Positions 1-9,538 of a stretch of 57,398 nt of DNA are shown piece after piece (position 1 is the first letter of the stretch; each line of letters opens with the position of its first letter). The stretch spans positions 1-57,398 of the IMG/VR virus record IMGVR_UViG_3300010371_000008; one strand, 5' to 3'. The translations under genes and the position numbers were made by a program. This DNA comes from a virus (lineage: Duplodnaviria > Caudoviricetes). The notes beneath the pieces are model-generated. The model was not told the origin of the DNA, did no database searches, and saw only the letters and a program-made list of their open reading frames with translations.

Positions 1-123
1 GCAGTACTGGTTGCAGTGGTTCACCGAGGGCACCGTGCCGGGCGGGTTCGCAACCCTGCCCGAATCGATCAACACGCCCGACCAGATCCGCCAGTATCAG
101 GAATATTACGACGACATGCACGC
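1..123. repeat. Terminal direct repeat (circular overlap), identical to 57276-57398
   Basis: gcagtactggttgcagtgg...gacgacatgcacgc is at both ends; the portal reading frame runs through the junction. Confidence 0.97.
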
Positions 124-2677
124 AGGCAATGTTGAGGAAAAGCACCAGATCGAATTCATGCCGCACGGCACAGTTTTCGAATGGCCGAAGGACGGCCAGT
201 TCAATTCCGACTTTGCCCTGTTCCTCATGCGGGAAGTATGCGCCGCCTACGGTGTGACACCCAACGACTTGGGATGGACGGAGGATGTCAACCGGGCCAC
301 CGGCGACACGCAGGTAGACGTGCAATTCCGTATCGGCACCCTGCCCCTGATCCAGCATGTCCAGGACATCATCAACGGCTACCTGCAGGACGATCTTGGT
401 TTGCCGGTCAAGTTCGAATTCGACACCGGCCAGGAGTCCGAAGACCGGTTGGCCACCGCCCAGTCATGGGTTGCCGGCATCACCGTCGGCGCTGTCAGTG
501 CCGACGAAATGCGGCAAGAAGTGTACGGGATGAAGATCGACAACGACCGGCCAATCCCGCGCGGCCTCATCAGCGCCCGTGCCGGGTTCATCCCGTGGGA
601 GGCGATCCTTGCCGTGGCCGGGCCTATCGACCCGGAAACCATGGCACCCGTGGACACGCAGCCGTTGGCTTTGCTGCCGTACAACAGCATTGACGGTGTG
701 ATGCCGCAGAAGATCCCCGGTGCCGCGAACTTCACGCGTGACCCGATCAACCCGGATGACCCGCAATTCCCCAGCAATGAGGGCGTTATTGAGTCCACCG
801 GCACGATTGCGTCAACTACGCCGATTGTGGCGAAGGCTGCCGGTGGTGTGGATGAGCTGCTGAAATTGGAGCTTGCCCAGTTCCGTGCGTTCACGAAGGC
901 CCGCGCGAAAACGGGCCGGTGGCGTGATTTCCGGTTTACCGTCCTGAACGGTACGGACGCGGCACGGTTGAACGCTGACGCACGCCAGACGGTGGTGAAG
1001 GCATCCGCCGACGCTGACCCAAAAGTGCCGGAAGTTGGTACGCCTAAATGGCGCCAACAAAACGCCAATCCGACACCGCAGCAACTCGTTGACCTGCCAC
1101 TGACTGATTATTGGTCACCGCAGGTCAAGGCGGGGCTCATGGACTTGTGGTCTGCCACCGACCTTGCCGCGGCCCGAACAGCCACGGACGGGCTCGGGGA
1201 CGTTGCCACCGGTGTTTACCAGCAGGCGGTGCGGCAAGTCCTGGCCGGGAACGTCAACAACCAGAACCTGACCAACACGGTCAAGTCGTTGTGGTCTGAC
1301 GCGTACAGTGCCGGTGCCATGTCAGCCCGTGCCCAAGTAACCGGCATCCCGGTCAACCTGGACACGTGGAAACCGGGCCTGCCCGAATCATTGGCAGGCA
1401 CCAGCGCCCAGCTACAGGCCGAACTCGACCGGGTAGGCGTCACCATTGACGGGATCACCAGCACCACCATGGACCGTATCGGCAACGTTATTGCCAACTC
1501 GGTGAATGCTGGCGCGTCCATCGAGGACACCGCCAATTCCATAAACGACGTGCTGAACGACCCGAACCGGGCCGAACTCATCGCGCACACGGAGACTGCC
1601 CGCATGCTGAACATGGCCGCCATGTCCACGTATGAGGATCTGAACGCGACCATGTTTGACCTGGTTATTTCCGAGGGCGCGTGTGAAATCTGTGAGGAAG
1701 CCGCCGACCAGAACCCGCACCGGCTGGACGACGACGACGCACAAGTGCCGTTGCATCCGCGCTGCCGCTGCTCCACCACACCCGCCATGGACGACACGGC
1801 GGCCACGGCGGACAGCATGAACGTTGGCGACCTCGAACCCGGTGAACTGGACGAATCCGACCTGTTCCCCGGCCCCGAGGACGACACGGAAATGCCGGAC
1901 GTGGAAGCGCCCAGCATGGACGACACACTGCTAGAGGAACCGGCAGACTATGCCGCCTTCATTGGTGACCTGCCAGAACCGCCAGAAGCGACCATGGACG
2001 CCGCCGCAATAGCGGCCATGGCCGATGACACGTCCAGCCTTGAAACAGCCTACGCAGCCGCAGCAGACGCCCCCGTGGTGTCTGTTGCCGACCAGCTCAC
2101 CGAGGAAACAACCGCCGCATGGTCCGATGAGGACATGCAAGGCGCGATTGGGATGCTGGCCGACGACCCGGCAGCGCAAAACCGGTTGCAATCGTTGTTG
2201 GAACAGCGTGAAGCGAACGCGGCGGCGCAGGAGGAAGCCGACACTGCCGCAATCAACGGGCTGACGACCGGCAACGAGCCGTCCACCAACCCGCTACTGA
2301 ACGCGACGTTATCCACAGGCCGCAACCTCTCCCCCGCGGAAGCCGCCAACGAAGAATATGATACGTACGTGTACAGCCAATACGCCCGCGCATTGGATGA
2401 CATCAACGGCAACTTCTTCAACAACGCCATGCGTGACCAAGCGAAGAAGAACGGTTACGACGAGATGAGCCTGTTCCAAGGTTCATACCGGAACGTGGCC
2501 AAATACGCGTCGGACGAGCTGAAACAGTGGTGGGAAGACAACGGGCGCGAAACCCAAGGCTCCTACCGGTACAAGCTACTCGGACGGCCCGCAGACAAGC
2601 GTTACGCGGACGTGGTTCAACAACTCGGGTTCGGGAAGGGTAAGGGCGGACTTGGAAAAGACCGATCAACTTTCTAA
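1..2677 (+). CDS. Portal protein fused to MuF-like minor head domain with C-terminal extension (3' part; gene starts at 56524, 1142 aa total)
   Basis: In frame with ATG 56524 across the overlap; portal-like segment (CAAYGVTPNDLGWTEDVNRATG); MuF-like motifs RAELIAHTET and CEIC...PLHPRCRC. Confidence 0.88.
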   Translation, partial: QYWLQWFTEGTVPGGFATLPESINTPDQIRQYQEYYDDMHAGNVEEKHQIEFMPHGTVFEWPKDGQFNSDFALFLMREVCAAYGVTPNDLGWTEDVNRATGDTQVDVQFRIGTLPLIQHVQDIINGYLQDDLGLPVKFEFDTGQESEDRLATAQSWVAGITVGAVSADEMRQEVYGMKIDNDRPIPRGLISARAGFIPWEAILAVAGPIDPETMAPVDTQPLALLPYNSIDGVMPQKIPGAANFTRDPINPDDPQFPSNEGVIESTGTIASTTPIVAKAAGGVDELLKLELAQFRAFTKARAKTGRWRDFRFTVLNGTDAARLNADARQTVVKASADADPKVPEVGTPKWRQQNANPTPQQLVDLPLTDYWSPQVKAGLMDLWSATDLAAARTATDGLGDVATGVYQQAVRQVLAGNVNNQNLTNTVKSLWSDAYSAGAMSARAQVTGIPVNLDTWKPGLPESLAGTSAQLQAELDRVGVTIDGITSTTMDRIGNVIANSVNAGASIEDTANSINDVLNDPNRAELIAHTETARMLNMAAMSTYEDLNATMFDLVISEGACEICEEAADQNPHRLDDDDAQVPLHPRCRCSTTPAMDDTAATADSMNVGDLEPGELDESDLFPGPEDDTEMPDVEAPSMDDTLLEEPADYAAFIGDLPEPPEATMDAAAIAAMADDTSSLETAYAAAADAPVVSVADQLTEETTAAWSDEDMQGAIGMLADDPAAQNRLQSLLEQREANAAAQEEADTAAINGLTTGNEPSTNPLLNATLSTGRNLSPAEAANEEYDTYVYSQYARALDDINGNFFNNAMRDQAKKNGYDEMSLFQGSYRNVAKYASDELKQWWEDNGRETQGSYRYKLLGRPADKRYADVVQQLGFGKGKGGLGKDRSTF

Positions 2678-2834
2678 AGCCCAACGTGAAGGGTACATAG
2701 CGTACCTGTCCCACAACACGCCCCAAGATAATCCGTACAAGTATGCGGCGGACCCTGACACGTGCACGGCATGGTGTTCAGGGTTCGCCGCCGCCCGCAC
2801 GGACCGGGCTAAAGCCAATCAGGAAGCAACCTAA
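2652..2834 (+). CDS. Rmf/CrpP-like small protein
   Basis: Pattern AQREGYxA...NPY...AWxxGF resembles the ribosome modulation factor/CrpP family; fills the gap exactly up to the next ATG. Confidence 0.6.
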   Translation: MEKTDQLSKAQREGYIAYLSHNTPQDNPYKYAADPDTCTAWCSGFAAARTDRAKANQEAT

Positions 2835-3209
2835 ATGACCGAATCCCGGTACGTTTTGGGCATCGCCTATCAGGCAGGCCCAGATCCTCGAATCCAGCGC
2901 GGCGCCGACGGTGGCCGCGATTTTTTTTCCCCCGACGAGCTGGAAAAAGCGGCGTGGAAGTTCGCCAAGTCATCCCGGATTGTCGGCACCAACCATGTGG
3001 ACGGTACGGAGGGCGCCGCCGAAGTGGTCGAATCCTACATCTACCGCGGCCCCGACTGGGACGTGGGTGACGGCGTAATCGTCAAATCCGGCGACTGGCT
3101 GCTGGCCGCCATCCTCGACGAACCCTCGTGGGCACTTTACAAAGCAGGACAATTTACCGGTTGGAGCCCGCAAGGTTCGGCCCGACGACGCAGGAGCACA
3201 CAGCAATGA
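2835..3209 (+). CDS. XkdF-like putative capsid maturation protease
   Basis: D...DELEKAAWKF...H...VVESYI...GDWL...GQFTGWSPQG; position after portal; AGGAAG RBS. Confidence 0.8.
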   Translation: MTESRYVLGIAYQAGPDPRIQRGADGGRDFFSPDELEKAAWKFAKSSRIVGTNHVDGTEGAAEVVESYIYRGPDWDVGDGVIVKSGDWLLAAILDEPSWALYKAGQFTGWSPQGSARRRRSTQQ

Positions 3210-4447
3210 CCCAACCCATCCCCGACGACATGACCGAACTGGTCGATGCCGACATTGACCGCGTAGACATTGTGGGGAAAGCGGCGAACGGCACCCGTTT
3301 CATCATGGCCAAGTCCGCCGGCTCGCCCGCCTTGTTCACCCCCGCCGACGTGCGCCACATCCTGAAAGCCGACGGTGACGCCCCCGAGGGCGACCCGGCG
3401 GCAGTGGATCTGACCGAGGTGTTGGCCGAACCCACCACCGACGCGCCCGGTGATGAGAACCAGCCCGGCAGCCCCGCATGGGAATCCACCGACGCCGCCA
3501 CAGCGTGCAAGTGGACGGCGGTACTGGGCCGGGTCAAGAACGCCCTGCAGGTCATGGCCGACCGTGAAGGCGTCGAATCCGCCTCACCGGATGGTGACTG
3601 GGACGACTCGGAAAACCAGTGGAATTTGGAGGACGCGGCAGACGCCGTGGACTACGCAATCTCCATCCTGGCACCATTCGCCGTCTCCGAAGCACAGGGC
3701 GCCCAGCTCGGCGCCGAAGCCGCCGCAGCCCTCATCGGCAAGGCCGTGGACGAAATGGCCCCCAACCTGGGCACTGTTGAAGGGTTGGGTGTGATCCGCA
3801 AAGCGGGCCGTGCCCTGTCCGCCGCCAACGAAACCGCCTTGCGGAACGCCGCCGAGGCCATCCAGAAAGTTCTCGCATCACTCCCCGCGCCCGAAGAGAC
3901 GCCCGTTGAAAAGGAAGCCGCCACTTTGGCCGACACCGAAACCCCCGCAGTAGAACCCGCCGCCGTCGTTGCGGCTGAAACCCCCGTCGTGAAGGCCGAC
4001 GAAGAGGCCGCATCCGGTCTCGTCGCCGTGTTCGACCAGAAGGGCAACCTTGTCGGTGTGACCGACCCGGCCAACATTCAGGCCGTGTCCGGCGCGTCCG
4101 GTGAAGCACCCGCCGAACCGGCACCCGCCGCCGCTGCTGCCCCCGCCGCCGATGCCGGGGCGGCACAGGCCGCCTCCGACCTGACCAAGGGCGCCGAACC
4201 TGACGCCCTCACCAAAGCCATCGAAGCCGCTGTTGCGCCGCTGCTCAAGCGCATTGACGACCTCGAACACACACCCGTCCCGACCGGCGCACTGCTGGCG
4301 GGGCGTCATCCGGGAACCGCAGGCGAAAGCTTGGGCGAAGGACGCGACCGCGAAGACTTGGTAAAGCAAGTGCGGGAAGCCGTCGATCCTGGGGACAAAA
4401 TGCTGGGCATTGCCGAACTCATCAAGCGCGGACGTACCGGCGAATAA
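3206..4447 (+). CDS. Scaffolding/head assembly protein
   Basis: ATGA overlap with the protease gene; N-terminal IDRVDIVGKAANG; acidic Ala/Pro-rich; directly upstream of the capsid gene. Confidence 0.65.
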   Translation: MTQPIPDDMTELVDADIDRVDIVGKAANGTRFIMAKSAGSPALFTPADVRHILKADGDAPEGDPAAVDLTEVLAEPTTDAPGDENQPGSPAWESTDAATACKWTAVLGRVKNALQVMADREGVESASPDGDWDDSENQWNLEDAADAVDYAISILAPFAVSEAQGAQLGAEAAAALIGKAVDEMAPNLGTVEGLGVIRKAGRALSAANETALRNAAEAIQKVLASLPAPEETPVEKEAATLADTETPAVEPAAVVAAETPVVKADEEAASGLVAVFDQKGNLVGVTDPANIQAVSGASGEAPAEPAPAAAAAPAADAGAAQAASDLTKGAEPDALTKAIEAAVAPLLKRIDDLEHTPVPTGALLAGRHPGTAGESLGEGRDREDLVKQVREAVDPGDKMLGIAELIKRGRTGE

Positions 4448-4473
4448 CCAGCGCCACCAAAACTAAAAACCTG

Positions 4474-4504
4474 AACCTGTCACCTTGTGGTGGCGGGTTT
4501 TTTT
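4474..4504 (+). terminator. Putative intrinsic terminator upstream of the major capsid gene
   Basis: Stem aacctgtcacc/ggtggcgggtt (two G-U pairs), 4-nt loop, then a T run. Confidence 0.45.
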
Positions 4505-4528
4505 GTTCCCGAAAGGAAAACACCCGCT

Positions 4529-5974
4529 TTGAATCCCCTTGACAAGATCACCGAGGAAACGCTTGCCGCGTTCCGCAAGGCGCAGCAGAACGGTTTCGTT
4601 GTCGCCAACGGCATTGTCGGCTACGACCTCGCGGACATGGTGCAGCTCATCCCTGTCAACACTCCGCTGTTTTCTTCAATCACCCGCAAGGTGGCGCCGG
4701 TTGGTTCTACCGCCGCGTACTGGAAGATCATGACGAACCTGGCCGCGTCCATGCCGTCCCCGTTCACGGGCCTGTCCGTCGGTGGCCAGCTCATCCCCAC
4801 CAACGTCCTGAACGCGTCCGCCCCGTACGTCCCCGTACGTATCTCCGATTCCCTGGACTTTGACGCCCGCGACCTCGCCCGCAACTACGAGGATCTGGAA
4901 TCCCTGGCCGCCGCCTACACCCTGTCAACGTGGCGGGTGCTGGAAGAAAAGGCCATGCTGGCCGGCCAGGCCGCAGCCCTGCCCGCCATCGGCACCATCG
5001 TCGGCACCCCTGTCGCTACGGGCGGTTCGCTGCCCGCCGCGGCCTCGTACGTGTCCGTGCAGGCCCGCAGCGCCCATAACTACTACTGGGGCGGTTCCGG
5101 TGTGATGGGCACGCCCGTGTCCGTGACCACCGTTTCCGGTGGTTCCATCACCGCGACGGTGCCCGCCGTCAAGGGCGCTGTCGCGTACGACTGGTTCATT
5201 GGCTCGTCCAACTCCAACGGCGTCTACGCGGGAACCAGCGTGACCAACACGTTTACGTTCACCACGCTCACCGCCGCCACCGCCCCGCCCGTCCTGCCCG
5301 ACCTGTTCACCGGCGTCCCCACCAAGGGCGTCGCTGACGGAACGTTCAGCGCCAACGATTACAACGGCCTGCTCGCCTCCACCCTGCTCGACTACGGCGC
5401 TGCTGGCACGCTCGTGACCTCCGGCACGGCCACCCCGTCCGGTGCAACGTTCATCAGCCTTGACGGTGCGAAGCTGTCCGCAGCGTCCGGCCAGTCCATC
5501 CCGGAACTGGACGCCCTGTTCCAGGGCATTTACCAGCAGTCGCAGCAGATCCCCAACCGGATTCTGGTTGCCGGGCAGCAGGGCCAGGACATCAAGACCC
5601 GCATCTTGGGCCAGCAGTCCGCATTGCTGGAACTTGCCGGTGACTCCGGTTCGCGTGTCGGCGTGGTTGCTGGCGGTTCCGTCTCGAAGTACGTGGCGTT
5701 CACCGGTGACGTGGTGGATGTGCAGGTTTCCCCGCACATGATGCCCGGCACCATCGTCGCCATCAGCGACCGCGTGAACTTCCCCGAGTCCGGTATCACC
5801 AACGTCCTGGAATCCCGCGTGCAGCGTGACGTGCAGGAATGGGACTACGGCGTAACCCGTACCACGTCCGTCGGTGGCGGCCCCCGCAAGGAATGGGATG
5901 TTTCGTCCATCGAAACATTCCTGAACAGGGCCCCGCTGGCATGCGGGGTGCTCAGCAACATCCAGGCTGGCTGA
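4529..5974 (+). CDS. Major capsid protein with inserted Ig/Fn3-like domain
   Basis: TTG start after GAAAGGA; N-terminal GYDL...LIPVNTPL; size and position in the head module. Confidence 0.8.
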   Translation: MNPLDKITEETLAAFRKAQQNGFVVANGIVGYDLADMVQLIPVNTPLFSSITRKVAPVGSTAAYWKIMTNLAASMPSPFTGLSVGGQLIPTNVLNASAPYVPVRISDSLDFDARDLARNYEDLESLAAAYTLSTWRVLEEKAMLAGQAAALPAIGTIVGTPVATGGSLPAAASYVSVQARSAHNYYWGGSGVMGTPVSVTTVSGGSITATVPAVKGAVAYDWFIGSSNSNGVYAGTSVTNTFTFTTLTAATAPPVLPDLFTGVPTKGVADGTFSANDYNGLLASTLLDYGAAGTLVTSGTATPSGATFISLDGAKLSAASGQSIPELDALFQGIYQQSQQIPNRILVAGQQGQDIKTRILGQQSALLELAGDSGSRVGVVAGGSVSKYVAFTGDVVDVQVSPHMMPGTIVAISDRVNFPESGITNVLESRVQRDVQEWDYGVTRTTSVGGGPRKEWDVSSIETFLNRAPLACGVLSNIQAG

Positions 5975-5998
5975 CCCCAGCCAACTCATAACTGAATA

Positions 5999-6031
5999 GC
6001 CCCGCCGCCGCTCATTGGGGGACGGCGGGGC
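5999..6031 (+). terminator. Hairpin after the major capsid gene
   Basis: gccccgccg / cggcggggc inverted repeat. Confidence 0.5.
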
Positions 6032-6059
6032 ACCCCCACACTTTTTAGGAGTCCCCCGC

Positions 6060-6956
6060 GTGACGTTCATTATTGCCCCGGACGTGGGCACCTACTCCAC
6101 CCGCACCCAATACGTGACAGCCAACGAATTCAAGGCCGCACCTACCGGTGTTGACACGTCCCAGCTTGTGCCGGGCGGCAGCGTCGCCGCCAACACGCAA
6201 GCACTTGAAATGCAGCTACAGCGTGCGTCCGCGTGGGCTGACAATTTTTGCAACCAAACCATCGCCGCCACGGTGAACACCCAATCGGGTTTGTGGCGTG
6301 TCCGGAACATACCGGGCGTAGGCCCGGCAATCAAAGTTCCGTTGGACTTCACCCCCATCCTTGGTGTGACGGACGTTCAGACAGGCCCGCAACCGTCCGG
6401 GCTCACCGAACTGGCCGACTACACGAATTTGTGGATCAGTGACAAATCGGTCACCATTCCTGTCGCCTCCTGCCACGCCTATGGTTGGTGGGGGTCCGGC
6501 AGTGACATGTATGCGACCGTGCAGTACGTCAATGGGTATGCGAACACGGCCCTGACCAGCCCCGCCGCCGCCGGTGACACGACCCTGACCGTCGCCTCCC
6601 CGCTGGGTATCATGCCCGGCCAGCAGATCAACGTGCAGGGCGCCACTGGCGGGGAAACCGTCACGATCTCGCCGGCATGGGTGCCCCAGACAACGGGTAT
6701 TGCCGTCACCGTCCCGATCAGCACCCCACTCGTGGGTTCCTACCTTGTGGGCGATACGGTCACAGCGTTCCCGCAGGACATCAAACAGGCCATCATCCTG
6801 ATTGCGAAGTCGCTAATCCTTGTCCCCGGTGACCAAGCCCTCGTGATCCCCGTCTACGGGCAGCAACCCACCCAGTCGGAACAGTTGGCACCGCAAATCA
6901 CCAACGACCTTGATATTGCCGAGGATCTGCTGCTCCCGTACCGGCGCGTCATCTAA
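6060..6956 (+). CDS. Head-to-tail adaptor
   Basis: GTG start after AGGAG; YVTxxEF...LQRASAWADNFC...PQDIKQAII...LLLPYRR pattern typical of gp6/gp15-like adaptors. Confidence 0.7.
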   Translation: MTFIIAPDVGTYSTRTQYVTANEFKAAPTGVDTSQLVPGGSVAANTQALEMQLQRASAWADNFCNQTIAATVNTQSGLWRVRNIPGVGPAIKVPLDFTPILGVTDVQTGPQPSGLTELADYTNLWISDKSVTIPVASCHAYGWWGSGSDMYATVQYVNGYANTALTSPAAAGDTTLTVASPLGIMPGQQINVQGATGGETVTISPAWVPQTTGIAVTVPISTPLVGSYLVGDTVTAFPQDIKQAIILIAKSLILVPGDQALVIPVYGQQPTQSEQLAPQITNDLDIAEDLLLPYRRVI

Positions 6957-7017
6957 CCCCCACAGACCGCCCCGCCGTGTGGGGATACACGGCGGGGCTC
7001 AACCATAGGCGGATCAC

Positions 7018-7518
7018 TTGTCTCTCACCACAGTCACGGACGCCATCCAAGCGTTCATGTACGGCATCGACGGCATCAGCTACATTTACCAGGAAATGCC
7101 GTGGCAGCTCACCGGTGACGCATGGCAGACGAACACCGAGGCCGGCACCGTCGCCGTCATCCATGTTGACGACATGACGGAAACCCGCATCACCGTCCCC
7201 GCCGTCCATGGCGGCCAAAAAGCCGTGGACTACACGGTGCGGTTCCTCATGCTCTACCAGTACCGCATCCCCCCGGATCTTGGCGGGGCAACCAAGGATG
7301 TTTGGTCTGTCGGCCAGAAAGCCCTTGTGGACGCCGTGACGGCCCGCATCCGCTCCGACCCGGCATTTGGGTGCGGTCAGGCCGGACCCATCTATTGGGC
7401 GGGTGACGGCAACAACGGCATCCGAACCGCGTTCGACATGCCCGTGAACATCGGCCCCGGCACCATTGTGTGCTGGACATCCACCACTTTCACCGTGCAA
7501 GAAATCGTGACCGCATGA
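7018..7518 (+). CDS. Neck/tail terminator-like protein
   Basis: Position and size; VDAVTARIRSDP motif. Confidence 0.55.
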   Translation: MSLTTVTDAIQAFMYGIDGISYIYQEMPWQLTGDAWQTNTEAGTVAVIHVDDMTETRITVPAVHGGQKAVDYTVRFLMLYQYRIPPDLGGATKDVWSVGQKALVDAVTARIRSDPAFGCGQAGPIYWAGDGNNGIRTAFDMPVNIGPGTIVCWTSTTFTVQEIVTA

Positions 7519-7814
7519 GCGGGGCACTCCGACGCCGCCAAGGCACCATGACCCACCACGCCCCGCAGGTGCGGGCCGTTTCCGGGCACGGGCTCCGCAC
7601 CGGCAAAGCCGCACACAATCGGGGCCTTGCACGCATCAGCCGTGTGGGCGGCACCCGTCATGTTTCCCACGGTGCGGCGACCCGGCGCCGCCGCACCGCC
7701 AAACACAACAAAACCAGCCAGACACGCCGCCGCCTCACGCGCCGGCCAGTGCAGCATCACGCCGTCCGTCACACCAGCAAGCGCGGGCACGTCCCCCGGC
7801 GCCGACACCATTAG
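7515..7814 (+). CDS. Very basic Arg/His-rich 99-aa protein
   Basis: ATGA coupling to the upstream stop; its TAG overlaps the next gene's RBS; no Asp or Glu. Confidence 0.6.
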   Translation: MSGALRRRQGTMTHHAPQVRAVSGHGLRTGKAAHNRGLARISRVGGTRHVSHGAATRRRRTAKHNKTSQTRRRLTRRPVQHHAVRHTSKRGHVPRRRHH

Positions 7815-7823
7815 GAGCATCAC

Positions 7824-8144
7824 TTGCCCGACTACAAATTCATTGGCGATTTTCCGCGCATGCTTACCGGCCTTATTCAGGGCGTAAACGCCGTCACAGG
7901 GTCCGACAACACCACCCCGTACGGTTCCACCATCGTGATTGATACGGGCGGTGTGGTGCACACGGATGACCCGTATGAGCTGGCCGGGCTGCTGCTGCTC
8001 GACGGTGAACCGCAACCCGTCGGGCCGGGCGGCTTGTTGATTGTGCCGCCCGCCGAAACGTCCACAGACACCAACCCCGACGGCACCCCACCCGACGCAC
8101 CCGCCGAGGCTGACCCCGCCACTGAACAGGAACCCACCGCATGA
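7824..8144 (+). CDS. Small acidic hypothetical protein
   Basis: TTG start after AGGAG; ATGA overlap with the major tail gene. Confidence 0.7.
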   Translation: MPDYKFIGDFPRMLTGLIQGVNAVTGSDNTTPYGSTIVIDTGGVVHTDDPYELAGLLLLDGEPQPVGPGGLLIVPPAETSTDTNPDGTPPDAPAEADPATEQEPTA

Positions 8145-9427
8145 CCATCAATTACACCCCGGGCGCGCAACAGTGGCTCGGCATCGCCAAGGAAACCACC
8201 TACGGCGTGCCCGCCGCCGCACCCACCGCCTTCATCCCCCTGTCGTCCCCCAAGTGGAATCCGAACGTGACCGTCCTCACGGACCAGAACATCCGCGGCA
8301 TGATGGGCACCAACTACCAGGCGACGCAGGGCATGTCGTATTCGGAACTGTCCTACCAGACGATGGTGTACAACGATTCCGTGATGCAGCACCTTGTGGC
8401 GGCGCTCGGCACCGCTGACACGGTGCTGCCGCTGCCCGCAACCGTCCTGACGAAGGGTGCCACGGCCACGACTGGCGGCACACTCCCGGCGGGCAACATG
8501 TATTGGAAGGTCACGGCGACCGCTGGCGGCGGCGAGTCGCCCGGTTCCAACGAGGTTACGGCCCTGCTGACCGGTTCCACATCCACCCAGGTTCTGACGT
8601 GGACGGCTGTGACCGGTGCGACCGGGTACAACATTTACCGGGGCATCGCCACGGGTGCTGAAAACGTGCTTGTGGCCAGTGTCGGAACCGTCCTGACCTA
8701 CACGGACACGGGAACGTCCATCGGCACCGGCACTGTCGGCTCCGCAGCCACGTACCTGCATCAGGTGTCGTTGCTGAACGTCGGCAACGGGCAGCCGCCC
8801 AGCTACACGGGATGGCTGTTCATGGGTGACAAGTGCGAACAGATCCCCGGCATGATGATTGCGGACCTGAAATTCACTTTCGTTGTCAACCAGAACACGA
8901 CCCTCGATGTGCAGTGGGCGGGCATGCCGTCCACCGCTGTCACGGCCCCGACGAACACGCCCACCACGCTGCCGCCGTTCCCGCCGTACACGACCAACAT
9001 CATGGTTGGGTCTGTCCCGATTGGCAACCGGACGGGTGCGACCCTGGATCTGAAACGGTCCACGGCCCCCATCCCTGTCCTGAACGGTACACAGAACCCG
9101 CTGGCGATCTTCTCCGGCCCGTTGGATGTGACGGGCACCATTGACGCCGTGTTCCAGGGCACCGTGGACAACGATCTTGTGAACCTGTTGACGAACGCGC
9201 AACCGTCCCTGACGATCAACGCGGACCCGCAGAACGATTCCGCGCACGGCCTGTCCCTGCATTGCAACCAGATCTACTACCTGACCGCACCCCCGGCAGG
9301 GTCCAACACGTCATGGATGACGGTCTCAAGCACGTTCGGCGCTGTCATGAACACGGTGGACGCCCTTGACGGCAACCAGTCCCCCATGCGGGCCATCCTG
9401 GCAACCACCAGCGCGACCCCGTTCTGA
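8141..9427 (+). CDS. Major tail tube protein with inserted Fn3-like domain
   Basis: LGIAKETTYG N-terminal motif of tail tube proteins; position before the chaperones and tape measure. Confidence 0.85.
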   Translation: MTINYTPGAQQWLGIAKETTYGVPAAAPTAFIPLSSPKWNPNVTVLTDQNIRGMMGTNYQATQGMSYSELSYQTMVYNDSVMQHLVAALGTADTVLPLPATVLTKGATATTGGTLPAGNMYWKVTATAGGGESPGSNEVTALLTGSTSTQVLTWTAVTGATGYNIYRGIATGAENVLVASVGTVLTYTDTGTSIGTGTVGSAATYLHQVSLLNVGNGQPPSYTGWLFMGDKCEQIPGMMIADLKFTFVVNQNTTLDVQWAGMPSTAVTAPTNTPTTLPPFPPYTTNIMVGSVPIGNRTGATLDLKRSTAPIPVLNGTQNPLAIFSGPLDVTGTIDAVFQGTVDNDLVNLLTNAQPSLTINADPQNDSAHGLSLHCNQIYYLTAPPAGSNTSWMTVSSTFGAVMNTVDALDGNQSPMRAILATTSATPF

Positions 9428-9474
9428 TCCGCCCCTACCAAACCATTTTGAGCATCCCAACCATACCGTTTTGA

Positions 9475-9501
9475 GCGGCGCGCCCCACCTCCGGGGCGCG
9501 C
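9475..9501 (+). terminator. Hairpin after the major tail gene
   Basis: cggcgcgcccc / ggggcgcgccg inverted repeat. Confidence 0.5.
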
Positions 9502-9538
9502 CGTCATATCCCCACCTATCCCCACAGGAGACAAGACT

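Noticed and set aside
1-123. 123-bp terminal repeat as a biological direct terminal repeat
   Set aside because: It falls in the middle of the portal coding sequence, which is best explained as assembly overlap of a circular or permuted genome.
4925-9262. Long minus-strand ORFs such as 4925-6091 and 7877-9262
   Set aside because: They are antisense shadows of well-supported structural genes, as expected in high-GC DNA, and show no recognisable motifs.
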